From the NCBI RefSeq assembly GCF_000150275.1, contig NW_002060969.1, positions 1 to 64,000 of the forward strand: 64,000 nt of DNA, given 5' to 3'. The position numbers and the translations under genes are program-made. Shown one piece after another: positions 29,314-43,500 of this stretch (its first letter is position 1; the number at the start of each line of letters is the position of its first letter). The notes under the pieces are model-generated. The model did not search any database and was not told the DNA's origin. It worked only from the letters and a program-made list of their open reading frames with translations. The stretch is from Trichoplax adhaerens. Lineage: Eukaryota; Animalia; Placozoa.

Positions 29314-32300
29314 ATGTCGGAAAAAAGTATCAAACTTGGTCAAAAGGTAGAAGTACCCGGTCGTGGATATATAGGCACTGTTGCGTATATTGGCTCTACC
29401 TCCTTTGCTCCGGGTAAATGGGTCGGGATAATTTTGGATGAGCCAAAAGGCAAAAATAATGGCACAGTACAGGGCAAGCGATATTTTACATGTGAAGATA
29501 ATTTTGGCATGTTTGTAAGACCTACACAAATTAATATTCTTGAAGAAGTACCGTCGACCGACGTAACTTCAAGTTCCGAGAAATTATCGTATGTTAAATT
29601 AACGTAACTAAACATTGCTACTGGTGTTATCTATTTTAACAAATTCAAAATTTATCGATACAGGCTGCAGTGCACAGTGCAGTACAAGGCGCAGTCACTT
29701 AGTTAAGGCTAATTATAAGTACGCGTATTGCGTGATGAAAAATATTGATATGTTACTATGCTAATTTTTTCTATGAAAGTACGATTTTACGCACTGTTAT
29801 AACGAAACTCGAAATAGTTACTTTGAGCTAATAAGATAACGTTTTGGATATTCTTGCCTTCAGCTCTGTCATTGTTAATGATCATTAGTCTAACTCAAAA
29901 GGGGTTAAGTTCATGGAAATTTGCTATTTAACCTGAGTTAGCAATTTATTTAGTGTATATCATATGGGTATGTCAGACGCCTTGAATGAATTAATCGAAT
30001 AGGAAATCGTAGTTAATTATTACCGTGATCTCTATATTCAGTGTATATTCACATGATTGTTGGGATCAAAGGTCCGGTTTAACCATTTAAATTTTACATT
30101 CAAAAACATAACCACTACTTATGGTATGTAATATTTATGATGGCGTTATTGCGTCGTGCATATAGTGTTCCTGTTGAATCGAAGAGAAGAAACACTGGGC
30201 CATCTTCCCCGACGTCTCCGAGAACTCCTGCAGTGTCCGTTAGTGCAAGTACCAGTACTGAAAAGCTTAAGTGAGTAAGATTACTGAGTACTGGGTTATC
30301 GTTGACTTTAAAATTTTCTGTTTACTTATATGATCATTATTAATTAATTCAATAACATCGAATTTACTTAGCACTGCGGTAGATTTATAATAAGGTTACA
30401 TGGGTAATTTCAGAAGTCTTTAAAGACATTTTTTCGATTCACTCTACTGTACTAATACAGTAGTATGATGTTATGATATTAATAATTTCATAGCGTTCCT
30501 ACGGAATCAAAGCGTCGAAATACCGGATTCTTCTGCCATCGGACCTTCAAAAGATAAATCCACAGTACCTACTGGAGTTAAGACAGGAAAATCCGGGCCC
30601 CAAATATCGGTGATTGTAGCTAAAGATGCAAGCACTAATATTAGCAAACCGCTACCTTCTCCCAAAAATGCTACCAAAAATTCTTCTATTGTCAATCCTG
30701 TATCAAAGCAGCCGTCAATAACCTCTGATGGTCACTCCGTCAAGTGTAAGGTTTCATTCAAAGTTTGTAAAACGTATCTGTCTTATGTAATCCGTAGCTA
30801 AGATTTAATATCGTTGCTTCAAAATTATATGCTAGTGGAAACGTCTACATCCAACGATAATGCGGAGGAATTATTAATCCTGAAGCGAAAACGAGAAGAA
30901 GATGCGTTAAAGATGAAAGATTACGAGAAGCTAAAATTGCAGTTGCAACAGGTTGAATAATATCTAATGTCATCGTTTTTTTATGTTTATTGACGCTAAG
31001 GTCCAATTTTATGTAGTTAAATGAATTCAAAATAAAATGGCAGGAAGCACAATCGGATTTGCAGAAGAAGCTTAAAGAAGCAAAAAAGGTTCAATTTAAA
31101 ATCCTGACGGCAAGTCCGTCATCATGAAAAGATTTTGATTCTGCATATGTATAATATAACGACAGCAATAATAATTTCATTAAACTTTAGGAAGCTAAGG
31201 AAGCTATTGAATTTAAGGAAAAGTTTGAAACGGAAATGCAAGAAAAAGAGGAATTGCTTCAGTTAGCTATGCTAGACAAGGAATTGGCCAATGAAAAGGT
31301 ACAGCATACTTAGACTGGATCAGAGCAGGCACCTTGAAAGATATACTTCTAGAATATTATGCTATATTGCTTCACTGAGTAGCATTGACGAACATCACAA
31401 CTCTTTGTAGGTGCTTGTATTACAGGATGAATGTGAGCAAAGCTTAGAAAATATTGAAGAACTAAAAAGTGAGATTGAACTACTGAAAGGTGAAGTTGAA
31501 GACCTAAAAGGTGAAGTTTTTGTCTTCTTTTAGTAACCCAGATTACAATCAATAAGGCGCTACCAATTACATGATACTTTAATGCTTTACTAATGAATCC
31601 GTAAAAATACTCATTGAACAGCTACCGGGAGTAATAATGATAGTGAAACAACTCATCAGGTCCAGTTACTACAGAAACAACAAAGACAGCTTAAGGATGC
31701 CTTAATTAAGTGCGCTTGATATCACAGATACAATATCGAAAGACAATATTCTATAGTTAATTAATTTAACCTCTATTGTGTTATTGTTCCAACTAGAATG
31801 CGAGAGTTATCTATGTCCGAAAGGCAGGATCACGCCCAAACTGCTGAAGAGTTGAAAAAAAAGTCATCTCAGCTGAAGTCTATAAATGCTGATGTAGCGA
31901 AACTTAGAACAGAACTGGCGGTAGGAGGCTACTATCTCTTTATATACGCGCATATTACTGTTCGAAACGTGTTAAATTGCAAAGTTAACGTTGCATACGT
32001 TTGTGTGTCTTAGAATGCGGAAGAAACTATTGAAATTTTAAAAGAACAAGTTGATGCCGCTGTTGGAGCACAAGACATGTTAGAAAAACTAACAGATAAT
32101 AATTTAGAGCTTGATGAAAGAAACAGGGAGCTAAATGAACAAATCGATGAATTGGTAACAAGTGCTAACAAACGCTAAAGCCTATTGTTAATTGATTAAT
32201 TAATTATATTACAATCGAAATTACTCTGATTTAATTTAATAATAGCAATTAAATAAAATATCTGTCACATCTTTTACCATTTTCATAGGAAGCACTGGTC

Positions 32301-35300
32301 GATATGAACGACGAATTAGAAGAGAACCATCAAGAACTAGAGAGGGACTTGAGAGACGAAATAGCTTCTTTAACGAATGAACTACTTGAGGTATAGATGT
32401 GTACTAAAAAATTGTGAGGATTTTATTTCGAATTTTGACTAGCTGATTTAATCTTTCAATATAAAATCGCAGCTGCCTCATATACAATTGAATAAAGCTC
32501 ATACCTTTGCGGTACATTACTTTCGATCGTTTAATAATTAATCTATTTTCTCATCGAATTTCACGGTGTTAGAGAAACCAACGACTAGAGATAGCAATAA
32601 ATACAACTGCAGATCAATCAAGTACCATCAATAAATTCCGTGACTTAGTACAACAACTACAGGTAATGCTTTTAAAGTCGCAAAGTTAATTAGAATGTAA
32701 TGGAATGTTACTGTCAAAAAGTATAATTACTATCTACTTGATTATACAACTTTGCTAGGAAGAAAATGTGTCTTATCGAGAAAAGTTAGAGTCAAATATT
32801 GTATCAGAAAGCCCTAAAATAAATACTCAAGCCATTGACTACAAACTAAAAATGGCAACCACGAAAGCACACGGCAAAGTATGACCTACAAATTTAACAT
32901 CATTAATAGTCAATTATCCTTAAACTACTTTATCTTTAACCGGTACTTCCTAGGCGATTGATATCGAACTATTAAAAGTAGAGATCTCAATGCTGAACTA
33001 TTATAACGACTTACTACTGACGTTCTTACCAAAATCATTTGTTGACAACGGTGGTAAGATTCGATCACACCATTATTGAAATTTAATAACCAATGGAACT
33101 ATTTTATGATATTTGTTTCACTTTTCGTTAGGCGAACGTGACTGTTTACTAGTTATGACTCTAATGAATCGAGTTTCACGCAAGTCCTCCATCATCTCAA
33201 CACAAGTAAAAGAAAGGGTAAGCATTTTTTGACATTTGTGTTAATATACTTTTTATCTTGTTTCTATGCTTGACTTTAGCTATTAACTTTATTACAGTTT
33301 GCAATAGGTGACGCTCTAGATCTTACCAATGTGGATACTTCGCAATTAGAGAGAGTAGAATTTGGATGTAGAATAATTCAGGAATTTTCAAATCTAATTA
33401 TCATAGTTAACAGAATCGAAAGGTTAGATACTTATTAACTAACTATGTTGGATATTTCATATTACAAATATCAGTTACACTGCATCATTGTATTTTTTGT
33501 GTTATCAGTAATTCTGAGTGTGTGCTAATTATCTAGTGCCATGTCGGTATGCAGTATGGAGATTTTTAGTAAATTAGGAAGTTTATATGCAGACACTCTT
33601 CCTCATGAAAAAGCTATTGATAATATTATAGAATTGCTACGAAAAGATCAGGTCTGAATGAGCATTAATAGAACAGCGCTATGTTTAAAAATGAAGCTGC
33701 TAAATAATTTGTATTTTATATGTGCATAGTTGGACGAAAACTGTTCATTGGATTCTCTGCAGAAATGTTTAGCATTTTTTAAGGTTTTTCAAGTAGAAAT
33801 TAATATTCAAACTTTTACGTCATTAAACTGACAATCTCCATAAATTCGCTGCTTGTGTGATAGCACCTAGTTAACACGCACCTAACAAATGAACCTATCG
33901 ACCATTGTATGTTCCTTTGTGATCATGCAAATTGTTTGGGTTGCTTAGCTGACTATTTGTCCGTGAATCTATCTGGGTTATTGATAATTGGGAAGGTAAT
34001 AAAATAGCGGTACTTCTTAAAGCAGTACGTTTTTTTAATGTGGCCATTATAATTTCCATTTATAAATGATATGCATTGTTTCGAAAGCATGTAGATAATA
34101 GTCATGTTAAGCAATGGCTGACTGATCTATCGAGGATAATTATGAATATCCGACAACACTGCCGAAAGGTAACCGTATTTTAAAACTGTGTTCTTTTTCA
34201 AATCTCACTACTAAACGTAAACAGCATTAAACGATGGAAGAGATTGCAATGTAATATGAATCTGATGAATTATAATTATTAGGTTAAAAGGAACATCCCG
34301 CAAGATGGAAACAGTATAATTGAACTCCCAAAAAAGGTAATGAAAATTACTTCCTTTTGGTATTGTAATATACAATGGATACTTTATAGTTTGATTGTCT
34401 TACAGATTTATGATACATTGTCTGAGCATAATGATTGCTTAAGAACGTTGGGTTTCCTGTTCCAAGATGTATGTTCGAATATTAATGTACAGGCAATCTC
34501 ACCGGGAGGTATGGTCTCACTTACTGATAATGAAAATAATTTCCTTCTGTTAGATAAAGTTCTATTGAGCTGTTATTAAATTTCGGTAATAAAAATTCCA
34601 ATCTTATTTGATGACCTACGGTATCTTAATTGACGTTTTTAGAAGATGTTAATATATCTGAATATGAACTCGAGAATACTATTCTAAAATTGATTCATAA
34701 ATCCTACGGAAGTGAATCTTCCTTGGAATCACTACGGTAATACAAACTGTAGGATTTTATTATTCCTCAGTAGCGTATGTACTATTTGCTTGTTATTTTT
34801 GGCTAGCGTAAGATTCCAATTCCTATTGAGCAAAATCGGCGCTTACTTGCGAATGATTTCACAGGCATTGCTACCGATCTTAGTCTTGGTTTAAACTCGA
34901 ACACTATCGATGTATTTTAATACAACTGTAAAAACTATTTTCTCTTGTATAGTGATTTACTAGAGAAAATTGAATTCGATATGCAAACGATTGCTGATGC
35001 CTTGCAAAGTGGTGAATATGACAATGAAGGCAATAAGGGATACAAGGTTGAGTACACTATAGTATCAGTATGAGTTCATTTCACTTGTATTTTCGTCACC
35101 TACTGCGATAGGAAACATTTGCTTACACTAATTGTTGCAGTAATTTTTTTGAACCACCTAATTGATAGGGAGAGGCCCCTTATTCTATCCGAGCTAAAGA
35201 AATGATTGGAATCATTGACAGTGCTGTTGCAGTTGAAAAGAAGTTAAAAGAGAAAGAAGAAACGGTCACTGAACTTCGAAAGGGTCTTAAGGGAAAGGTT

Positions 35301-37163
35301 ATACTGGATATACTATAAGAAATAAGATTTATGTAAAGCCTATCCTTGCGTTACAGACCCTATAAATGTTACTGTCATATCATGCCTAGAATGATGAAAT
35401 AGGAGAGCTCAAAGTACGAATTAATATGTTGGAGAAACGTGTTGAAAATGCGACAAAAGAGGTGCCCTGAAGAGTGATGAATGCCATTTTTTAAGGCTTG
35501 CTATTAATTGCTATTTTCCGATATTTGTGCAGTCGCAAGCCCACCTTCAGGATTTAGAAAGGAAACTAGAACACACGAAAGAAGAATTGGCTAAGAAGGA
35601 GAGGTTATCAATTATTCAATCGTTGCTTCAGTCTATAATTAACTTAAATTAAAATACTATGAAACTGAATTAGTGTGTTTGAAGCTGCGATGGATGGACT
35701 ACAACAAGACATTGAAGATTTAGAGAGAGAAAAAGAAGAATTAGAGAAAAGGCTGAATACTGTCGCTAAAAAATCGATGATGACTAATATTTCTCAACGT
35801 GGTCCGCCATCTGGAATAGCTGCTATTGTTGCTGGATTAAGCGGATCATCAGGCACTGATCTTAATACTGATAGTAACACTATTACACCTGGATCTATAA
35901 TTGCTGGTGAAACGTCTCAAGTTGTTATCCGAGATTCTGACAGTATTTTGAAACAGGTTCTTAAAATAGCTATGCTTAAAAATTGTACGTGCTTGAACTA
36001 AATCAACTTCATGGAGTCAATATTTTAAAGAATGATACAAAAAATCTTATGCTAGGTGGATATTTTAAAGTCAACGGTTCGCTATCTTAGAAATGAAAAC
36101 CTTCGATTAAAGGGAGAGAAAGCTAAGGTTCTCTATATATGTATTATTATTATTTAAATTCGCTCATAGTGATCTGGCTATTACAGTACTTTTAAACCTG
36201 TATATAACGTTTAAAACAAATTGATTGCATCTGGCTTTGTTAGATTGAATTAGCAAGCCTTCCACCAATAATATTGCCGAATAGTTTAAGTAAGCCTTAC
36301 GATGAATTAGAAGCAGAAAAAGAAGCTGATGGAAACACGGAAACTATAGACGGTAAGGCAACAGATGTTTATAATTTTATTATCTACCTCTAATATAATC
36401 AACTGACGTGTTTTACTAGATGAGCAAGAAAAAGAAACGAAAATTGATGTGAACAAAGAAAATTCTACAGATACAACATTTCAGATTGCCTCCTCGAGAG
36501 CACCCATGCAAATTAAGTCAAGGTCTACCACTAAAACTACTGAATACTCTGTACAATCAGTTGTGCGAGAAATATGTGATGTCCTTCATGTTAGTACTGT
36601 ATTCGTAATATTAAAATTTTTTATTAAGAATTTTCACAACATATATTTTGATTTAAAATTCTTCATCTGTAAAATCTAACCACAGAGAATTGAGTCCGCT
36701 AGTTCAAATCCGATAGTGGTTGATATTAGCAACAGAAAGCCTGGAAATGTACCAGCCTCAGAAAAACAAAAACCTAGTCACCAGCTGGTAAACAGGGTTG
36801 CTTCTCTAAATGAACTGCAATCCTCGTATGACCAACTTCAAAAAAAAGTATCAACATTTGTTGCTAATCGACTTCCTGGTGGTGTATCAAAGACTACATT
36901 TTCTTCATTTGTTACCCCTGTTTTCTCAAAGGTATTTAAATCATACATAAATTTCTTATCTTTACTTTATAATTAAGTCTTTAATACGATAGCATCTTTA
37001 CTCACTGTATTAATCATCCTAGTCATTCTATGAACAAGCTGCTACTCCTGTTATTGGAAAAGTAACGATACCAACTTTGGAGAACGAGTATAAAATGGAC
37101 AGACATAACTTATTGTTACAGCATTCTCAATGGCATGCTCTGCATACATTATTTGTTCGATAG
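29314..37163 (+). CDS. DCTN1: Dynactin subunit 1 (p150Glued), multi-exon
   Basis: N-terminal CAP-Gly domain ([25 protein letters not shown]), Ser/Pro/basic linker, coiled coils ([42 protein letters not shown]), C-terminal FSSFVTPVF ..LHTLFVR* with TAG at 37161-37163. Confidence 0.95.
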
Positions 37164-39731
37164 TTATTGATTCTTGCTACTATCTGTTTTGAAATTTATT
37201 CTATTTGATGTAGATTCTACTATGGATGAGATTATGCGAATTAGTGTTAAACAAAACTTTTTATAAACACTAAAAGATCGATCGACTGCTCGTACTAAAT
37301 TTGTTAATTCATTTACTATTTTGAAAGTTTCTGATATCCTAGTATTGCGTGTTTGAAGTAAAAGTGTTCTACGTATGAGCTATTTTATGCTATTTGTACG
37401 ATCATTAGAAACATTAGAGGCAAATTGTACTGTACGATATTTTCAAACTTTTAAAGTAATTGCGCTACTCTAACTTTGACGATAAAGAGTAAGTTTGTAT
37501 CTTAATGGTTTTAATGAATAAAGCCAAATACTTAAAATTTTTTAACAGTATACAACGTGCGCGTATTACGAAAGCTTTCTTCAAAGTAGGATTAACTTAG
37601 TTTTTTTCATAGAAATTTATTGTTGTCTTTAAACTATACATAAAGTAAATGTCCTGTAATTATTTGAAATAAAGCAATATATGTAAATTTTTAGCATCAG
37701 CTGTTATGTCCCGTTTATACATTTTACAATTATTTCTTTATATAATTCTGAGATACCAAACTTACAGGAAGAAATTAGCATGCTTTACTATAAATTTCGT
37801 ATCTCAGTAAGCGTAGTTTACATTGTTTGCATACACTCCATAATAATATCAATGTGCAGAAAATTTCATTGATAACTCGCATAGACTATATGAGTGATTT
37901 TAATACCGTAAATATGAAAATGGGAGGGAGGACTGTACAGTACATTGTATAAGTTTAGAGCAAGACTGATATCCTAGGGACCGTAAGTGCTGTTATTGAG
38001 GTTCTGAAGTAGTTTTGTTACCAGACATTCAAATGTGTGACTCTTCTTTAAATGTTACTAGTTGAGATAGATAAATATAATTGTTCAGAAAGCTTATTAG
38101 CTAATGCAATGAATTACTAGTAGTCAGCTATTTTTATTATAGAACAGAATACATTCCTACTTAAAATTTATCTTAAGCCCGCGCTTGCAGGAGTATTTAC
38201 GTATACTAGCGGCACGATTATCGGGTAGTGGGATACATAAATTACGGAGAATTCTTCAAACTTGACATTCGAAATTTGGATAAATAATTAATTTACGTGC
38301 AACTAATATTTTTATACCGTAGTGGTGTATGAATCGTAAATTATGTACTGTGCTCATGTTGGTTAATCTGAAATATCAAATACAATATATGCTTCTCCTT
38401 TGCCTTACAGTATTATACATATAAGGAAATTTAGTGGAGTTGATGGATACTAATTTGTTGATTTAATAGAGACAAAAATTACATAGTTTAGAAGTAGTCA
38501 TGTCACAGTAATAAACCGGACAAATATACGAGTAATTGTAGCAGATTATATCGATGAAAAGATTAAGAGCAGTAAAATAAGGTTGGAATAAGATACTTTT
38601 TAAGTCCTTCTAACTGAGCTTAAAACAATCGTACGCATAAATGCATTAAACGATTATCGTATCAAAACCAGTATATCTCGCCAAAATGTATCAGTAAACT
38701 TTTACTAAAAGCCATCGCACTTTGCTAATGCAATACTGTAATATGAATAAATCTGAAATAAAATTAAATTCAAGGTAATATTATAAAGCTATTTCTATAC
38801 TTAGGATTCATTGCGAGCATTTAGCCTACTGTGTTATATCATGTAGTAAAGGACCGGTAGATTTTTTCTCTCCTAGTTTAGCTATTCAGTAACTATGGTA
38901 ACTATAGTATTGATCTACAATCAATTTTAGATTTGATCTCAGTATAAAATCTCTCAGCAAGATAACGCAGAAGGAAAAACTTCAGAATGTATTAAGTAGC
39001 ATTGCCATATTTTAATACGTTTAAACTCGTTGATTAAGCCAAGTAGGAGGACTTGGCTTTAGGCGAAATATACCTTAATAATTTAAAATATTACAAAAAC
39101 TTGACTGTAGTACGATGGATGCTTCTATGTAAGTCAATTCACTAAAGTAATATTACTATTTACTATTACTGTCTAGTGGTAGCCTTAGTGCAATATTTAC
39201 AAAAATTACAGTCGCACAAAAACTACATAGAAAGTTATATGGTGTGTTGAGTTTATTTATTAATGTAATGCATTAAAAACAAGGGTAAGTTAATTATAAT
39301 AATTATAGGTATCTTAAACTAAGTTAAATAGGCATGTGGTCCGCGACTGGAGTCGTTGACGTCAGTAAACAACAGCTGACTGGTTGCGGAATAAGAAATT
39401 TTCATAACTATTACATTTTCAACAAGTATACTTGAAGTCCTCACGTCGAACGTAATAAAAAGCTATGCTGACACAAACACTATCTTACTGACTTTAATTC
39501 AGTACTCATGGTGATTTTCATTTAAAACGGATATTCTTTAGAGCTTAAATTCGAAAAGAACAATCGTATTTGCTACTGAACAGCAGATAGACCATTCTAG
39601 TCACATTACAATTAAACTGTTTGAGTATACATATGTATACATTATTGAATAATATAGGGAATCCGGAATACGTCATTGTAAAAGTACATTAACAAGAAGC
39701 ATCAAGGTATATTTATATTCGTAATCTTATA

Positions 39732-40542
39732 TTATCCCAAAATGCACATTAGCCAAAAACTACCAAATCTACCGCATTTGGATTTATTCTTTTTTGGAGG
39801 CGCTGTTGTTTGATCTTTTTCATTAACATTTCTCGAGGTCCCTTTTTTTGTTAATGAAAGTATCTTGTTTAGCAAGGAGGATCTTCGTTGTGAATCATCT
39901 ATTTATTATAATCATGTAATCTTATATATTAATAGAACTGGAAACACATGATACAATTAAATCATAACCACAGAAATTGAAATAACGGTTGTTCTAGAAC
40001 TATGTACACATCCTACTATTATATAGTATGACATATTCACTATTACTATTCAGCTATTTGAAATAATGTAAAATATAGTACGTGTAGCGTATTTACCTGA
40101 TTTAAGTATATTCGATATGAATTATTAATTTAGTGTTTTTCATTACAGTATAATAAAATATGTCAACGATGGAGTACTTATATATTTATATTCCATCATT
40201 GGAATGAGACTTATTTTCAAGTTAATGTAAAAATTGTTCCAAATGTGAAAAATATTTATAGTAGAAAATGCTCTGAAGGTCTCAATGGTTTTAGTATAAC
40301 TTGATATTAGCGCTATTACCTTTAGGGTGCAGAATTTGACGATTGTAGGGAACATGTCGTATCGATTCCTCCCATCCCTTCGTCAATAGTCTGCTATTTC
40401 CTATGTAATCGTTGAATCGTTTTGGAATTTCGACAAAGCGCTTGTGTTCTACAGATGTAAAGCGACGCGGCGTTGCGTTCGTTAGCTGATAGAACCACAT
40501 GGCACTTATAATCACTACGATAAATTTTTTCATCTTCAGCAT
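39732..40542 (-). CDS. Putative secreted peptide (neuropeptide/hormone-like) precursor, 2 exons (40542-40320, 39898-39732), 129 aa
   Basis: Signal-peptide-like N-terminus MKKFIVVIISAMWFYQLTNA; RR/KR/KR/RR/KK/KK sites; phase-1 GT-AG intron (AAAG|gtaata ... aaatag|AT) joining two open frames; C-terminus KKNKSKCGRFGSFWLMCILG*. Confidence 0.72.
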
Positions 40543-40577
40543 TTTCGAATAAATCTGTTTAAATTGGAAAATCGCAA

Positions 40578-40585
40578 TTTATATA
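40578..40585 (-). promoter_or_regulatory. TATA box of the putative peptide-precursor gene
   Basis: TATATAAA on the minus strand, ending 36 nt upstream of the ATG at 40542. The AT-rich background lowers specificity. Confidence 0.45.
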
Positions 40586-43500
40586 GATATTTATCGAGGC
40601 TTTCTTATTTATAGATAAAATCTTAAATTCTATGTTTGTCTACGGTATCGCATTTATCAATGCACAGCAACTTTGAAGCCTAAATTCAAACAAGTACCTT
40701 TGTGCTTTCATAAAAAAATAGACAAGCGAATAATGCGCTACTGTTATAAAACTAATTGCTATATTTTGAAATAAGCAAGTTCTTTATAAATTTTTAGTGA
40801 TAATCTATACTATTCTTTCAAATATTTTATATAATTCCACTTACATTTATGTAAAGTAATCGGCCCGGTGATAAGATCAGTTCAAGGTGTAGAATGATTA
40901 ATCGATTTGTATCAAAACATTTGCTTTTATAGCTTCTGCACTATTGATTATCTATGATTACACTCGGAATTACGTAATATTATACGTAGTACTTACGAAT
41001 ACTAATGCTATAATATCACTGACAAGAACTAATAAATTACTAGACTATTCGACTACAATAATACGTGTAAACTACGAACAAAGGGTAACAACTGGCTACT
41101 TTTGTTAATAATCCTGAAGGTGCGGATTAAAGTAAACAATGACAGGGAAAGAGGAAGTCGCTGCATAATAGAAGATTATTAAGAAGACTAATTTTTTAAT
41201 CTATAAATGCCAAGGCTTTATAACTTTGTCTATACAAATAAACATAATTCTATTCTTGACGAGTCGTCCCTAACGGTGTTTTAGTTTTAGATTTGTTTTG
41301 TTTGAAGGTGTAAATGTCTGCTGAGGTTATCATACATCTGGAAGCTAAAAATATGTCAGAGTAATCCAAAACATATTTATGCGTAATCAACATACATATG
41401 ATAGAAATGAATGTGAATGTATTGTAAGTCACTGGACACACCGCTGATTCACATCGATCTAATTCACCTTTTATCTATCCCTTCTTATTGCAGCTAACAT
41501 ATAATATCCGCAATATAATTAAATACTACATTTCTTTTTAAAAATGTTAAAATATTAGAATTTATGATTATAAAATATTACTATCATTTATATATAGATA
41601 ATGTATATACGTAAACAATATTGCACCTGTAATCTAACTTTTTTCGAAGTCAAATCATTAAAATCAAGCTGTTATATGGTTCCGATCTATTTAAGAATTG
41701 ATTGTAGAAGTGGATCGAAATACTTATGCAAATATTAAAATGCCCAAATGGCAACGTCATTCCCCAAAATAGAGTGATTGCATATTATACATTTTTTATT
41801 ATCTACGGTATTGTTTAGATTACAATTAAATTTTAGAATCCGAAATATACTGCGTATAAAGAAGCAATCTCACAATTGATTCATAAAAATTTATTAGAAA
41901 GACATTGCCAGCCGTATAGATTAACCTTTGTAGACAAAGTTCTAGCGAAACATATTATTTCAAGATTTAGTATAAATCAAATCTAGCGCCATATTTCGTG
42001 GTTGTTATTTTGTTGTAGCAAATATACTTTGGCAATATATGTTTAATGCCATCAGTATGCAAAATTAAAGATAAATTCTATGGCGTTATAGAATTTTTAT
42101 CTTTATTTAGCATCTTAACCAAATCTTTAAAGGAAATTTCATAATAGAGATAATACTTAAATTTACACCAAGATGCTAAAATATTTAAATTGATATGGCT
42201 ACTGCAAGCATAAGTTTCGATGTTTTGCAGTCTGTATGCTAGTTTAAAGATTAAAAATTGAAGGATCAGGAATCGAAGATATGCTCTACTAAAATCAAAC
42301 TCTAATGAATATAATTTAATTTATTACTTAGATCTGCCGTTATATATAATGGCATAGCCTTAGAAAATCTCAACCAATGTAGGCTACTCTGGATTAAATA
42401 ATAAGGTCCTCGTTGATATGAATTATAGACACATATCGCAATCCTTAAATTTCTTTATCATGGAAATATGTGAACTGTCAAGTCAATGAAACCTTATAGT
42501 CTAATCATGAGTAAATTTTACCTGTGAGGATTTAAGTGATATGTTTTACTACTTGAATTTATCATTATATTGACAGTAGACCCTTACCGTTGTACCTACA
42601 ATACAGTGAGAATCGACCTTTGACAGAAAATTTACGCTTTTAAGAGAAAATTTTTAGTTGAGTGGTCTCTGGTACTGTACAATTAATTACTGTAATTTCT
42701 TAACTGGTCGACTTGATACATGTTTCTCACATGGTCAATTTTAAGTTTTTTGTTCCAGGGTTGGAAGTTCAAGCAATTTGTTAATTTATACTGCTAACGG
42801 AGAGACAAGAAATATATTTTAAAAAAGGCTTTGCTATAATACGTATCGCGTATATCTATTAATAATGATCAAGAATAAATTTTTTTCAAAATATAAATCG
42901 CTGTCCGCAGGTACCGGTAATGAATCAACTGAATAGATTTATTAGTAGACTTTTTAGAAAAGTATACAGTGTCTGTTCATCGTGAATAGGTATTTCAGCT
43001 AGTTTATAAACATGTTATTGTACCAATATTCTGTCGCTTTATGTGAAGTGAGATTGCTTGGATTAGGTGTAAATTTGATATTAATTGTAAATTTTTGTTC
43101 GTGTCCGAACAAGGTCTGTCATTTTCATATATCACAATTCTACTAGAAAACTTCTACAAGATTATGGCCTGGGTTTTCATTGGCTTTACAACAATAGTTC
43201 ATCGATAGAAAATGACGATAGATTTACTGTATACCCAATAAAGTAATGGAGGTGTACCTGCGAATTCTGCTTACCGCAGTTACCGGTAATTTTAGTGCTG
43301 TGCTCATATTGTTTTATGGTAAACAGCAATACACTTAGGAAATTGCTAATAGTGAGATATTTTTAAACCTTTTGTTAATACAAATTAAAATTAGTTGAGG
43401 ATATTCGATGTAAATGCTATAAATAGTGTTACTCACAATTGAGTGAAACCTATCATAATCGTTTTAATAGCGGTTTTGTATAATAACTAAATCAGCCTTT

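Noticed and set aside
32879-32953. DCTN1 intron containing TCCTTAAA / TCTTTAAC
   Set aside because: The donor is GTATGA and the intron is phase 0, which fits an ordinary U2 intron better.
39036-39059. Perfect 9-bp hairpin AAGCCAAGT-AGGAGG-ACTTGGCTT downstream of the peptide gene
   Set aside because: Isolated short hairpin with no second copy or recognisable RNA family. Bacterial terminator logic does not apply in a eukaryote.
40143-40355. 70-aa minus-strand ORF overlapping the peptide gene
   Set aside because: It lies mostly inside the inferred intron, is AT-rich and has no motif. The unspliced 83-aa ORF is likewise better explained as exon 1 read-through.
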